Assembly (NCBI RefSeq): GCF_000011465.1
Contig: NC_005072.1
Location: 360,001-392,000 of the forward strand
Direction: 5' to 3'
DNA: 32,000 bases
Origin: Prochlorococcus marinus subsp. pastoris str. CCMP1986
Lineage (GTDB): Bacteria; Cyanobacteriota; Cyanobacteriia; PCC-6307; Cyanobiaceae
In this document: positions 19,082 to 28,714 of the stretch, in pieces
How positions within the stretch are numbered: the stretch's first letter is position 1
Layout: every line of letters starts with the position of its first letter
Program-made: the position numbers and the translations under genes
The notes under the pieces: generated by a model
What the model was told of the DNA's origin: nothing
The model's input: the letters and a program-made list of their open reading frames with translations, nothing else
Databases searched by the model: none

Positions 19082-19726
19082 ATGATTAATAGAACATCAA
19101 TAATTAAACAACCTGATAAAATTTCATTTTTTTATGACGTATATAAATTACAAAAAGAATATCAAGACTCATTAATTTCAGGTAAATCAAATATGAATTT
19201 TATTTGGTTAGGCGAGCATCAACTTTGCTATACAGTCGGAAGAGGTTCGAATATGGATAACTTGCTTTTCTCAGCAGATGAACAAGATGTATTTAAAATT
19301 GATAGAGGTGGTGAGGTTACATGCCATATGCCAGGACAGTTAGTCACTTATTTAGTTTTAGATTTGAGTAATTTAAATAAAGATTTAAATTGGTATTTAA
19401 GAAAAATTGAAAAAATAATTATTAAAACTCTAAGGAGTTTTAATATTAATTGCTCTACTAAAGATGGATTTACAGGTGTGTGGATAGGAGAAAGGAAAAT
19501 TGCTTCAATCGGTATTGGATGCAAACGGTGGGTAACAATTCATGGCTTCTCAATAAACGTTAACTGCAAATTAGAAAATTTTAATAAGATTGTTCCTTGC
19601 GGTATTAAGGGCTGCCAAATGGTAAATATGTCTGATTACAATAAAAATGTAGATATAAAAGAAGTTAAGAAAATTGTTAAAAAAATCATTCATGAAGAGT
19701 TTAATTTTAATTTTGTATCAGAATAG
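19082..19726 (+). CDS. lipB: octanoyl-[acyl-carrier-protein] transferase
   Basis: [18 protein letters not shown]...[22 protein letters not shown]...[12 protein letters not shown]...IVPCGI. Confidence 0.96.
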   Translation: MINRTSIIKQPDKISFFYDVYKLQKEYQDSLISGKSNMNFIWLGEHQLCYTVGRGSNMDNLLFSADEQDVFKIDRGGEVTCHMPGQLVTYLVLDLSNLNKDLNWYLRKIEKIIIKTLRSFNINCSTKDGFTGVWIGERKIASIGIGCKRWVTIHGFSINVNCKLENFNKIVPCGIKGCQMVNMSDYNKNVDIKEVKKIVKKIIHEEFNFNFVSE

Positions 19727-19756
19727 AAACTTAAAAGATTTGGAAATTTCATAAAT

Positions 19757-21682
19757 ATGAAAGAATTAGCATATTGGCCTGCAGCAAAATCTCTTTCAAA
19801 AAATGAAAAATTTACAAGTACAAGGAAAGATATAAATAATCTTGATCATGTTGATCAAATATGGGAATACTTAAAATTAAGATGTGGGAATACAATAGCT
19901 ATTAATGATTTGAGAGGAAAAAATAAAGAAAAAATTTCCTATTCTGAGTTAGCTGATTTAATCACTAAAGTCTCTAATTCTTTTAAAAATTATGGATTAG
20001 TTAAAGGTGATGTTGTCACCTTAATATCTGAAAACTCACCAAGATGGTTAATAGCTGACCAAGGGTTGATGCGATTAGGAGCTATTAATGCTGTAAGAGG
20101 TATTAATTCACCTTCAGTAGAATTAGAGTACATAATTGAGCATTCTAATTCTGTTGGTCTAATTGTTCAATCTAAAGAAGTCTGGTTAAAATTAAATAAA
20201 AAAAATGAATTAAAAAAAAGATTCAAATTTATAATTAATCTGGAAGATGAACAATTTGAAGATCTAATAAATTGGCCTGAATTTATAAAAGCTGGAGAGG
20301 AAAATCTTTTAAAAAATAATAGTTTCGAAAAATATAATCATCAGATTAACGATATTGCCAGCATTCTCTATACATCAGGGACAACAGGTAAACCAAAAGG
20401 TGTTCCCTTAACACATGCAAACTTTTTACATCAAATCATTAATCTGGCCAATATCGCCGATCCAGAACCGGGAACTTCTGTCTTGAGTGTATTACCTATC
20501 TGGCATTCGTATGAAAGAAGTGCAGAATATTTCTTTTTTTCATGCGGGTGTACTCAATTTTATACAAATCCAAAATTCCTGAAAGATGATATTAAACAAG
20601 TTAAGCCAGTTGTTATGGCTACTGTCCCTAGGCTATGGGAGGCCATTCACGATGGCTTTTTCTTGGCTTTAAAAAAAATGCCTCCTAAAAAACAGAAAAT
20701 TATAAAGATCTTGATAAAGAATAGTTCTATTTTTAAAAGAAATTTAAGAAAGATCAGAAATTTAGAAATTAATCAAGTAAGTTCCTTAGCAAAAATATCT
20801 TTGACAATATCTGTAATAGGAAGATTTTTTATACATAAGATATCTTCTACTTTTTTATGGCCAAGTATTTTGAAACAATTATGTGGAGAAAAACTAAAAT
20901 TTCCAATCAATGGTGGGGGTGCTTTACCTGAGCACGTAGATTTGTTTTTTGAATCTTTAGGTATAGATGTTCTAGTCGGTTATGGATTAACAGAAACCAG
21001 TCCAGTACTCACTTGTAGAAGAAGAGAACTTAATGTTAGGGGATCTTCTGGACAACCATTGGCATTTACTGAAATTAAAATAATGAATGAAGAAAAAGAT
21101 AAGATTTTGAAATTTAAAGAGATAGGCAAGATTCTTGTTAAAGGACCTCAAGTAATGAAAGGTTATTTGAATAATATTTCAGCTACTAAAGATGTTTTAT
21201 CAAAAGATGGTTGGTTTGATACTGGAGATTTAGGTTTTCTTATTCCAAATGGATCTTTGGTTATAACAGGGCGAGCGAAGGATACGATAGTTCTTTCTAG
21301 TGGAGAAAATATAGAGCCAAATCCCCTTGAAACTGAGATTCTTAGTTCTGAATTTATTAATCAAGTTCAATTAGTAGGTCAAGATAAAAAATGTTTAACA
21401 GCACTTGTCGCTCCAAACATAGAATTAGTAGAAAATAAATTCTTTGAAAATGATATTTCCAAATTAAATTCGAATAAAAAAATTGGTTTGTTTTTTAAGT
21501 CGCAGATAAATAATTTGCTAAAAAATAGATTAGGAGCAAGATTTGAGGAACAGATATTAGAATGCTATTTTGTTGATGCTTTTACTTTAGAAAATGGTTT
21601 ATTGACTCAAACTCTTAAGCAGAAAAGAAGAGAAATAGTTGATTTATATTCAACACATATAGAAGAAATGTATAAAAAATAA
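19757..21682 (+). CDS. long-chain fatty acyl-CoA/acyl-ACP synthetase (AMP-forming)
   Basis: SILYTSGTTGKPKGVPLTHAN...GYGLTETSPVLT...GWFDTGDLGFL. Confidence 0.93.
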   Translation: MKELAYWPAAKSLSKNEKFTSTRKDINNLDHVDQIWEYLKLRCGNTIAINDLRGKNKEKISYSELADLITKVSNSFKNYGLVKGDVVTLISENSPRWLIADQGLMRLGAINAVRGINSPSVELEYIIEHSNSVGLIVQSKEVWLKLNKKNELKKRFKFIINLEDEQFEDLINWPEFIKAGEENLLKNNSFEKYNHQINDIASILYTSGTTGKPKGVPLTHANFLHQIINLANIADPEPGTSVLSVLPIWHSYERSAEYFFFSCGCTQFYTNPKFLKDDIKQVKPVVMATVPRLWEAIHDGFFLALKKMPPKKQKIIKILIKNSSIFKRNLRKIRNLEINQVSSLAKISLTISVIGRFFIHKISSTFLWPSILKQLCGEKLKFPINGGGALPEHVDLFFESLGIDVLVGYGLTETSPVLTCRRRELNVRGSSGQPLAFTEIKIMNEEKDKILKFKEIGKILVKGPQVMKGYLNNISATKDVLSKDGWFDTGDLGFLIPNGSLVITGRAKDTIVLSSGENIEPNPLETEILSSEFINQVQLVGQDKKCLTALVAPNIELVENKFFENDISKLNSNKKIGLFFKSQINNLLKNRLGARFEEQILECYFVDAFTLENGLLTQTLKQKRREIVDLYSTHIEEMYKK

Positions 21683-21739
21683 ATTAAAAAAGAAAATCCT
21701 CTTTGATATCTCTATATTGAAAGGGTAAATTAATTTTTT

Positions 21740-22186
21740 ATGGAAACTAAAAACTCTATATCCATCAAACGTTCAATAGCAATAAAAGCTATTGTTACCC
21801 CTACTTGGAAAGAAGATGCTGAGAAGGAATTAAGTAATGCGATTTCTGCAGTTGACCAACAATTATCACAACTTGAACAAGAAGGTCAACAAATAGTTAG
21901 TAATATAAGATCCCAGTCAGTAAATCCATTAGATCCAAGAGTTCAAGAGCAAGTTGGCCAAGTTCAGCAACAAGTTGGTGCGAAAAGAAACGAACTTGAA
22001 GAGCAAAAAAGAAATCTATTGCAACAACAAAGCCAAGTTCGTGATTTAAAAATGGATGAAATTGTTGATCAAGGTCAGGTTGATAGCTTTTGTGATGTTT
22101 CGGTTGGAGATAATCTTATTAAGAAGATGCAAGTTTCAATAACAGTTAAAGATGGGATAATTCAATCGATTAATAACAACGAATAA
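21740..22186 (+). CDS. YlqD family protein
   Basis: IKRSIAIKAIVTPTWKEDAEKELSNAISAVDQQLSQLEQEGQQ...DQGQVDSFCDVSVGDNLIKKM. Confidence 0.8.
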   Translation: METKNSISIKRSIAIKAIVTPTWKEDAEKELSNAISAVDQQLSQLEQEGQQIVSNIRSQSVNPLDPRVQEQVGQVQQQVGAKRNELEEQKRNLLQQQSQVRDLKMDEIVDQGQVDSFCDVSVGDNLIKKMQVSITVKDGIIQSINNNE

Positions 22187-22300
22187 ATTTAAAAGTTTAA
22201 ATTCCTTTTTGAATGTAAATCATAGTTTCTTTGGGGCAAATTTTGTCATGCCTTCACTAAATTTTCGATCGCTTTTACTCTTTCAGAATCGCCTATAAGG

Positions 22301-22612
22301 TTATTGAATTTTAATTTTTTCTAAATTCCATTTATCAAATATTAGTTTCATTTCTCTTTCGTAGAATCTTACTTTCTTTGAGAAAGGTAGTTGTTGAATA
22401 ATTATTCCAAAGGGGAATTTAAAAAAAGAAGAAACATAAACAATATAAAACTCGACAAATGAAGGTTTTGGTGGGAGAGGTAAATTTTTTAAATATGCCC
22501 AATCAATGCATGGTTTTAGTTGCTTATCACTAGCAGCAATATTTTTTTTACATCTCCAGTAAGAGAATAGATAAATGCCTATAAAAATCGGTAGTGGAAG
22601 AAGTCGCAACAT
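22301..22612 (-). CDS. hypothetical small membrane-associated protein
   Basis: 103-aa ORF with N-terminal hydrophobic segment. Confidence 0.55.
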   Translation of the reverse strand: MLRLLPLPIFIGIYLFSYWRCKKNIAASDKQLKPCIDWAYLKNLPLPPKPSFVEFYIVYVSSFFKFPFGIIIQQLPFSKKVRFYEREMKLIFDKWNLEKIKIQ

Positions 22613-22775
22613 TAAATATCAAGGATAATTTTTCTTCTCATTGATTCACACTTATATTTGATAATAAATGGATAGTTTTGTTTTTATGGAAATTCTGCTC
22701 ATTGGATTATCACTAGGTCACATCAAAATTTGAGATTTGTTTTAATCATTTTGCCAGAAATTAAAATTTTGTCCT

Positions 22776-22880
22776 TTACTCTTTACCTTTAAATAAATCA
22801 ACTTTGATATCAAAAGTAACCACTATTCCAATGCTTATTAGCAATAATCCAATCGCAATTTGAGCTGAAGGTAAAACCAT
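22776..22880 (-). CDS. candidate 34-aa single-TM microprotein
   Basis: Read by eye: MVLPSAQIAIGLLLISIGIVVTFDIKVDLFKGKE*; strongly hydrophobic centre, not in supplied ORF track. Confidence 0.4.
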   Translation of the reverse strand: MVLPSAQIAIGLLLISIGIVVTFDIKVDLFKGKE

Positions 22881-22973
22881 ATAAAACTTATTTGCATTCA
22901 CCCTATCTAATCCATTCAAGTATCGATGAAAGATTTAGTAATATTAAATTAAAATAAAGCAGTACATTTCAAC

Positions 22974-23168
22974 ATGGCACGAGCAGAAAATGATCTTGAT
23001 ATCTATTATGCAGTAGGTAATGCGAATACTCAAAGACAAGAAAGTGAAATTGCAGCAATAATCAATAATAGGAATTCTGGAGGGTGGAAATTAATCTCAA
23101 CATGTACCGCAATTGTGGATACTAAAAATCAATTTTCAAACCTTTATTTATTCTGGGAAAAGAAATAG
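22974..23168 (+). CDS. hypothetical protein, DUF4177-like
   Basis: 64-aa ORF; GGWKLISTCTAIVDTKNQFSNLYLFWEK resembles the DUF4177 pattern (W.L.s......y..FE). Confidence 0.55.
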   Translation: MARAENDLDIYYAVGNANTQRQESEIAAIINNRNSGGWKLISTCTAIVDTKNQFSNLYLFWEKK

Positions 23169-23252
23169 TGTGTAAACACTACATTGAATTGAAATCTTTT
23201 CCATTCGATTAATAACATCAGAAACTCCTCATATACAAATTTCTGATCACTA

Positions 23253-23286
23253 AACACTCCGATTCTTAAGAATTGGGTGTTTTTTT
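23253..23286 (+). terminator. strong intrinsic terminator hairpin
   Basis: AAACAC-t-CCG-ATTC-TTAA-GAAT-TGG-GTGTTT stem with single bulge followed by T-run. Confidence 0.8.
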
Positions 23287-23387
23287 AATGCAATTAAGTC
23301 TGAAGAGGTATAACTGTCATATGTGACAATTAAGTAATATTACTCACCCCCTTCCACGAAAAAGAAATATATGTAATAGTTTATTGT

Positions 23388-23483
23388 TGTGTGTAGGAGA
23401 GTTTTTACTGAAACAGTGGAAACAAGGAAACACTTGATTCGGTAAAACCAGAAAAAGACCTCTAGAAATAGGGGTCTTTTTTT
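23388..23483 (+). ncRNA. structured small RNA candidate, possibly Yfr2-family-like
   Basis: Outer stem TTTTACTGAA (23403-23412)/TTCGGTAAAA (23438-23447), inner stem AGTG/CACT enclosing loop GAAACAAGGAAA, then Rho-independent terminator AAAAAGACC..GGTCTTTTT; 5' end is approximate. Confidence 0.6.
23452..23483 (+). terminator. intrinsic terminator of sRNA candidate
   Basis: AAAAAGACC-TCTAGAAATAGG-GGTCTTTTTTT. Confidence 0.8.
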
Positions 23484-23669
23484 GTGCAAATGATCTCTAA
23501 TCCACCTGTAACTCGATATCCTTTTTATTACTTTCTTAATCTTCTATGGTTCCCTATAGAACCTGTTTTTGTATAATATGAATAACACGGATTTAGTGAG
23601 TCTGACGTAGAAAAGTGTAGACACTTTTGTAGACACCACCACCAGATCCCTTACTATAACTGATCTTGT

Positions 23670-25037
23670 ATGTCTCACGAAATATTTATGCCAGCTCTTA
23701 GTTCTACTATGACTGAAGGCAAAATTGTTGAATGGTTAAAGAATCCTGGAGATAAAGTTGAAAGAGGAGAATCTGTTTTAGTTGTTGAATCAGATAAAGC
23801 TGATATGGATGTTGAATCTTTTCAAGATGGATATCTTGCTGCAGTACTAATGCCAGCTGGTAGTACTGCTCCAGTTGGTGAAACCATTGGACTTATTGTA
23901 GAGAATCAGGATGAGATAGCTTCTATACAAGAACAAAATAAAGGTAAACAGACTGAAGTATCAAGTGATGGTCAACTCGAATTACCAAATAATAAACCTG
24001 AAATAAAAGAAGAAAAGCAAAAAGAGGTGCCTCAAAATAATGAGCAGGAAGTCGAGATTAAAAGGGAAAAAGTGCTAATTACCTCTAATGAGATTCAATT
24101 TAACGCCTCTACTAGTAATAATTCTTCAAGAGTAATAGCATCTCCAAGGGCAAAAAAACTTGCTTCTACAATGGGAGTCGAATTAGCAAAAGTGCATGGA
24201 TCAGGACCTCATGGAAGGATTCAGGCTGATGATGTATTGAAGGCAAATGGCCAACCTGTGTCTATTCCATGGATAGGAGAGGGAAGTTCTCCCGCCAGTA
24301 TTTCTAGTCCTCATGTTCAAGCCGAAAGCAAGTCAGAGACATTAGGGAATAGTTTTGGAAACCCCGGGGAAACTGTACAATTTAATACTCTTCAAAAAGC
24401 TGTAAATAAGAATATGGAATCAAGTTTAAATGTTCCATGTTTTAGAGTTGGGTATTCAATTAATACTGATAAATTGGATAATTTTTACAAGAAAGTAAAG
24501 CAAAATGGAGTTACTATGACTGCGTTGTTAGTCAAGGCAGTTGCAAAGACACTTAAAAAACATCCCCAAGTTAATTCAAGCTTTTCAGAAAACGGAATTT
24601 CTTATCCAGAAAATATAAATATTGCTGTGGCTGTTGCTATGGAAGATGGAGGGTTGATAACTCCAGTATTAAAAGAACCTTGTAACACTGATTTATTTGA
24701 ATTATCTAGAGAGTGGAAAGATCTTGTGAAAAGATCTAGAGCAAAACAATTAGAACCAGATGAATACTCAACAGGAACATTTACTTTGTCAAATTTAGGA
24801 ATGTTTGGTGTTGACAGGTTTGATGCAATACTTCCACCAGGTACAGGTGCGATTTTAGCCATAGCATCATCGAAGCCAACAGTTGTTGCTAATAATGATG
24901 GCTCAATATCTGTTAAAAAAATAATGCAAGTAAACTTAACCGCTGATCATAGAGTAATTTATGGTGCTGATGGTGCATCATTCTTAAAAGACTTGTCTTC
25001 TCTCATTGAAAACGAGCCAGAAACACTTGTAGCCTAA
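23670..25037 (+). CDS. pdhC: dihydrolipoamide acetyltransferase (E2) of pyruvate dehydrogenase complex
   Basis: Lipoyl domain IVEWLKNPGDKVERGESVLVVESDKADMDVESF, E3-binding ASPRAKKLASTMGVELAKVHGSGPHGRI, catalytic SLTADHRVIYG-like NLTADHRVIYGADGASFL. Confidence 0.96.
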   Translation: MSHEIFMPALSSTMTEGKIVEWLKNPGDKVERGESVLVVESDKADMDVESFQDGYLAAVLMPAGSTAPVGETIGLIVENQDEIASIQEQNKGKQTEVSSDGQLELPNNKPEIKEEKQKEVPQNNEQEVEIKREKVLITSNEIQFNASTSNNSSRVIASPRAKKLASTMGVELAKVHGSGPHGRIQADDVLKANGQPVSIPWIGEGSSPASISSPHVQAESKSETLGNSFGNPGETVQFNTLQKAVNKNMESSLNVPCFRVGYSINTDKLDNFYKKVKQNGVTMTALLVKAVAKTLKKHPQVNSSFSENGISYPENINIAVAVAMEDGGLITPVLKEPCNTDLFELSREWKDLVKRSRAKQLEPDEYSTGTFTLSNLGMFGVDRFDAILPPGTGAILAIASSKPTVVANNDGSISVKKIMQVNLTADHRVIYGADGASFLKDLSSLIENEPETLVA

Positions 25038-25043
25038 ATATAA

Positions 25044-26168
25044 TTGAATTTTGAAATTCATAATGAAGAAATAGATCATAAGCTAGAAGCTTATGATTAT
25101 ATTCTTGATGAAACATTAATTGCTAATAAACCTTCTAAAGTAAGGCACGAATCTAGATTAATGATAGTTAGAGATAGTTCATTAGAAGAAGACTTTACAA
25201 CAAATAAATATACAAAGAATCTCTTGGACGAACTTAGAAAGGGTGATTTGGTCGTTGTAAATGATACGAAGGTGATGAAAGCAAGGTTAAAGGTTGAATT
25301 AGAAAATGGGAAATTAGTCGAATTATTAGTTTTGGAGAAAGCAGATCAATCTACTTGGCTATGTTTAGCAAGGCCTGCTAAAAAGTTAAAAATAAACAGT
25401 CAATTAAATTTAAAATCATCCTTGGCAAAAGATATAAAATTGCATATTTCTGGGACTGATAAAGAAACTGGAGGAAGATTTATCAAGTTTCCAGAAAATA
25501 TAAATGATCTAATTTCAATGAATAATCTCCTTGATATATATGGAGAAACTCCCCTCCCTCCATATATAAAAAGCGCCGAAGAAGAATCTTTTCATGAAAA
25601 TAGTTATCAAACTGAGTATGCAAGTAATCCTGGAGCAGTTGCTGCTCCAACAGCAGGATTACATTTAAGTAAAAGTCTTATTTCAAATTTAAAAAAAAAA
25701 GGCATATTAGTTATGCCAATTACTTTGCATGTAGGTTATGGAACATTTAAGCCAATTGATCAAGAAGATTTATCTAATTTAAAACTTCATAAAGAGTGGG
25801 TCAGGGTTAGTAGTGAAGTCGTAGAAGAAATAAAAAGAGTAAAAAAAACGGACAGAAGAGTAATAGCTATTGGAACTACAAGTGTAAGAGCTCTTGAAAG
25901 TTGCTATTCGTATGAAATGGGAGACTTAATTCCTATAGATAAGTATGTTGATTTAGTAATTAAGCCAGGTTATAAATTCAAAGTAGTTGATGGATTATTA
26001 ACTAATTTTCATCTTCCAAAGAGTTCATTATTACTACTAGTAAGCGCAATGATTGGTAGAGAAAGATTACTAAATCTTTATAAAAAAGCCATAAGAGAAA
26101 AATTTAGATTCTTCTCTTATGGCGATGCTATGTATATTTCACCAGATTCATTTCTGGTGAAAAAATAA
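25044..26168 (+). CDS. queA: S-adenosylmethionine:tRNA ribosyltransferase-isomerase
   Basis: YDYILDETLIANKPSKVRHESRLMI...NDTKVMKARL...YASNPGAVAAPTAGLHLSKSL...LITNFHLPKSSLLLLVSA. Confidence 0.96.
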   Translation: MNFEIHNEEIDHKLEAYDYILDETLIANKPSKVRHESRLMIVRDSSLEEDFTTNKYTKNLLDELRKGDLVVVNDTKVMKARLKVELENGKLVELLVLEKADQSTWLCLARPAKKLKINSQLNLKSSLAKDIKLHISGTDKETGGRFIKFPENINDLISMNNLLDIYGETPLPPYIKSAEEESFHENSYQTEYASNPGAVAAPTAGLHLSKSLISNLKKKGILVMPITLHVGYGTFKPIDQEDLSNLKLHKEWVRVSSEVVEEIKRVKKTDRRVIAIGTTSVRALESCYSYEMGDLIPIDKYVDLVIKPGYKFKVVDGLLTNFHLPKSSLLLLVSAMIGRERLLNLYKKAIREKFRFFSYGDAMYISPDSFLVKK

Positions 26169-26170
26169 AT

Positions 26171-27157
26171 TTAAGCTTTAACTGGCTCCTCAATTATTCC
26201 ATTTGGAACTTCGGTAAACATAATTGATGATAAATACCTCTCAGCTAAATCTGGTAAAACAACCACTATAGTTTTTCCTGCATATTCATCTTGCTCAGCT
26301 AATCTAACAGCAGCAGCAGCAGCAGCTCCACAAGATATTCCCACGAGAAGCCCCTCTTCTTTTGCCAATCTAAGAGCCATCTCGATTGATTCATCATTAG
26401 TAACCTGCTCAACTTTATCAACAATTGATAAATCAAGGTTTTTAGGAATAAATCCTGCGCCTATTCCTTGTATTTTGTGTGGTCCAGATTTAACTTCTTC
26501 GCCATTCATTGTCTGTGTAATAACAGGGCTATGTGATGGTTCTACTGCTACAGAAACAATATTCTTGCCCTTCTCTTGTTTGATGTATCTTGAAACTCCT
26601 GTAATTGTTCCACCTGTTCCAACCCCTGCAACAAAAACATCAATCTCACCATCGCAATCATCCCAAATTTCAGGCCCAGTTGTTTTGAAATGAATTTCTG
26701 GGTTTGCTGGATTATCAAATTGACCTGGCATGAAATATTTAGAGGGATTACTTTCTGCGATCTCTTTAGCTTTGGCAATTGCTCCTGGCATACCTTTAGA
26801 AGCCTCTGTTAAAACAATTTCGGCGCCCAATACTGCCATCACCCTTCTCCTCTCAATAGACATAGATTCTGGCATTGTAAGGACTAGTTTGTAACCTCTT
26901 GCTGAAGCTGTAAAAGCTAAGGCAATTCCAGTATTTCCAGAGGTAGGTTCAACGATAGTTTTGTCTTTTGTAAGTTTTCCGCTTTTCTCCGCATCCCATA
27001 TCATGTTTGCACCAATCCTGCATTTAACACTATATGCAGGATTTCTACCTTCAATTTTTGCTAATACAGTAGCTTTAGCGTTTTTAGTAACTGATTTTAA
27101 TTTTACTAATGGAGTGTTTCCAATAGCAAAGCTGTTGTCCTCATAAATTTTTGCCAT
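26171..27157 (-). CDS. cysK: cysteine synthase A
   Basis: [73 protein letters not shown]. Confidence 0.96.
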   Translation of the reverse strand: MAKIYEDNSFAIGNTPLVKLKSVTKNAKATVLAKIEGRNPAYSVKCRIGANMIWDAEKSGKLTKDKTIVEPTSGNTGIALAFTASARGYKLVLTMPESMSIERRRVMAVLGAEIVLTEASKGMPGAIAKAKEIAESNPSKYFMPGQFDNPANPEIHFKTTGPEIWDDCDGEIDVFVAGVGTGGTITGVSRYIKQEKGKNIVSVAVEPSHSPVITQTMNGEEVKSGPHKIQGIGAGFIPKNLDLSIVDKVEQVTNDESIEMALRLAKEEGLLVGISCGAAAAAAVRLAEQDEYAGKTIVVVLPDLAERYLSSIMFTEVPNGIIEEPVKA

Positions 27158-27241
27158 TTATATGTTGAAAAATATATATTAATACTAACTATTATTTAAT
27201 AAAAAGAGTACATAAGTTTTTATACGGTAAATACTAGGTAT

Positions 27242-28711
27242 TTAAAAATTATTTAATGCTTCAGAAAAGGCTCTCCATAAGTGATCTTTATCTTCTAGTC
27301 CAACAGATACTCTAATAAGGTGCGAAGGAATGTTAAAACTTTCAACCCAATCTAATTCGTCATAATGAGCTAATAAAACATAAGGACATACAAGGGTAAA
27401 TTTTGTACCTAAACTAGGTCCTTTTGATATTTGAAGAGAATCATAAAACTTTTTAGCTTTCTCAAGACCTCCTTTTAATTCAAACGATAATAAGCAACCA
27501 TATCCCCCATCAGAAGTAAGTATGGAATTGAAATTAGGACAATTTTCGGGATGGAAAATATTTTTGATCTCTTTACGGTTTTCTAATCTTTTTTTTAATT
27601 CTAAACATGCTTTATTTTGCTCAAAAACTCTTTGTTTTACATCTCTACTAGCTTTTTCGAGTGAAACCATATCGCCATCTGAAAGCATTGGAAGGTTGAC
27701 TTCATTTACGGCATTTCTAAACTGATCAATCCATCTGCTTTTTGGATTTAGTATTAGTGACCCAGCAAGAATATCCCCGCTACCGGAAAAGATTTTTGTT
27801 AGTGAAGTGAAAACGATATCTGCATGTTCTAAAGAATTTATATTTAAATTTGAACCAATAGTATCGTCAACTATCACAGGTATATTTAATTTATTAGCTA
27901 TTTCTGAAATTTTTTTTATGTTCACACATTTGAGCATTGGATTACTTGGTAATTCAATTATCAAGGCTGCTGGATTTATTTTTATCATTTCTAATTCAAT
28001 ATCCTTGCAATTTTCTTCTGTTATTAACTTGGCTCCATGAAAGATATTCATTGGTAATTTAAGTACATCTACATATGGAAAACCAATTTGAAGTGTAGGT
28101 CTATCTGGAAATAATTTATATATTATTTCTAATGATGTGTATAACGCTGACATGCCAGATGAGGTCAAGTGAACATCATTAGAGTTTGTTTTTGTAAACT
28201 TAGAAATTCTATCTTTTATTCTTTGACAACTTTCTATCGCTAAAGATTTCGAAGGGCAATCCTCTAGGCCCAATTCAATTGCAGCCGCTCTTGAAGATAT
28301 ACCGAGACCGGTATGTTGCCAAAAATATCTTGCATATTTGCTCGCTGATTCTCTAGTAATTAAAAAAGCTAAATTATGCCTTCTTTCAATATATGTAGAT
28401 CCTTTAGAAGAATTTCTATCACAGTATTTTTTTGCTTTTAAAGCTATTCTTTCATTTGGATAAGGCCAGATACCTACATCATTTAAGTGACTTTCTTTTT
28501 TTACCTTTTCACATAATCTTTTTACTAAAGGATTGAGTCCAAAACGAGGATAGATTGACTTTAACAATTCCATGCATTTTGGATTTTTTTCCTCATAATT
28601 AATTACATCTTTCCAAGTTGGTAAAGCTACAGAAACAGCATGTTCATTATCAGGAATCGAATACCCCAACTCTAAACTTCTCCATATTGGATTTTTTAGT
28701 AAATTCCTCAC
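27242..28711 (-). CDS. cystathionine gamma-synthase-like PLP enzyme with N-terminal extension (fungal STR2-like architecture)
   Basis: N-terminus NEHAVSVALPTWKDVINYEEKNP...YPRFGLNPLVKRL, PLP lysine in FTSLTKIFSGSGDILAGSLI, C-terminal FNIPSHLIRVSVGLED. Confidence 0.8.
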   Translation of the reverse strand: MRNLLKNPIWRSLELGYSIPDNEHAVSVALPTWKDVINYEEKNPKCMELLKSIYPRFGLNPLVKRLCEKVKKESHLNDVGIWPYPNERIALKAKKYCDRNSSKGSTYIERRHNLAFLITRESASKYARYFWQHTGLGISSRAAAIELGLEDCPSKSLAIESCQRIKDRISKFTKTNSNDVHLTSSGMSALYTSLEIIYKLFPDRPTLQIGFPYVDVLKLPMNIFHGAKLITEENCKDIELEMIKINPAALIIELPSNPMLKCVNIKKISEIANKLNIPVIVDDTIGSNLNINSLEHADIVFTSLTKIFSGSGDILAGSLILNPKSRWIDQFRNAVNEVNLPMLSDGDMVSLEKASRDVKQRVFEQNKACLELKKRLENRKEIKNIFHPENCPNFNSILTSDGGYGCLLSFELKGGLEKAKKFYDSLQISKGPSLGTKFTLVCPYVLLAHYDELDWVESFNIPSHLIRVSVGLEDKDHLWRAFSEALNNF

Positions 28712-28714
28712 TTT

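Noticed and set aside
23224-23245. ACTCCTCATATAC similar to the Yfr1 core ACUCCUCACAC
   Set aside because: The match is imperfect and the gene neighbourhood is not the one I associate with Yfr1; not called as Yfr1.
26548-26778. 76-aa [36 protein letters not shown]... within cysK
   Set aside because: Out-of-frame ORF on the same strand as cysK, whose full-length frame is intact; no evidence for programmed frameshifting.
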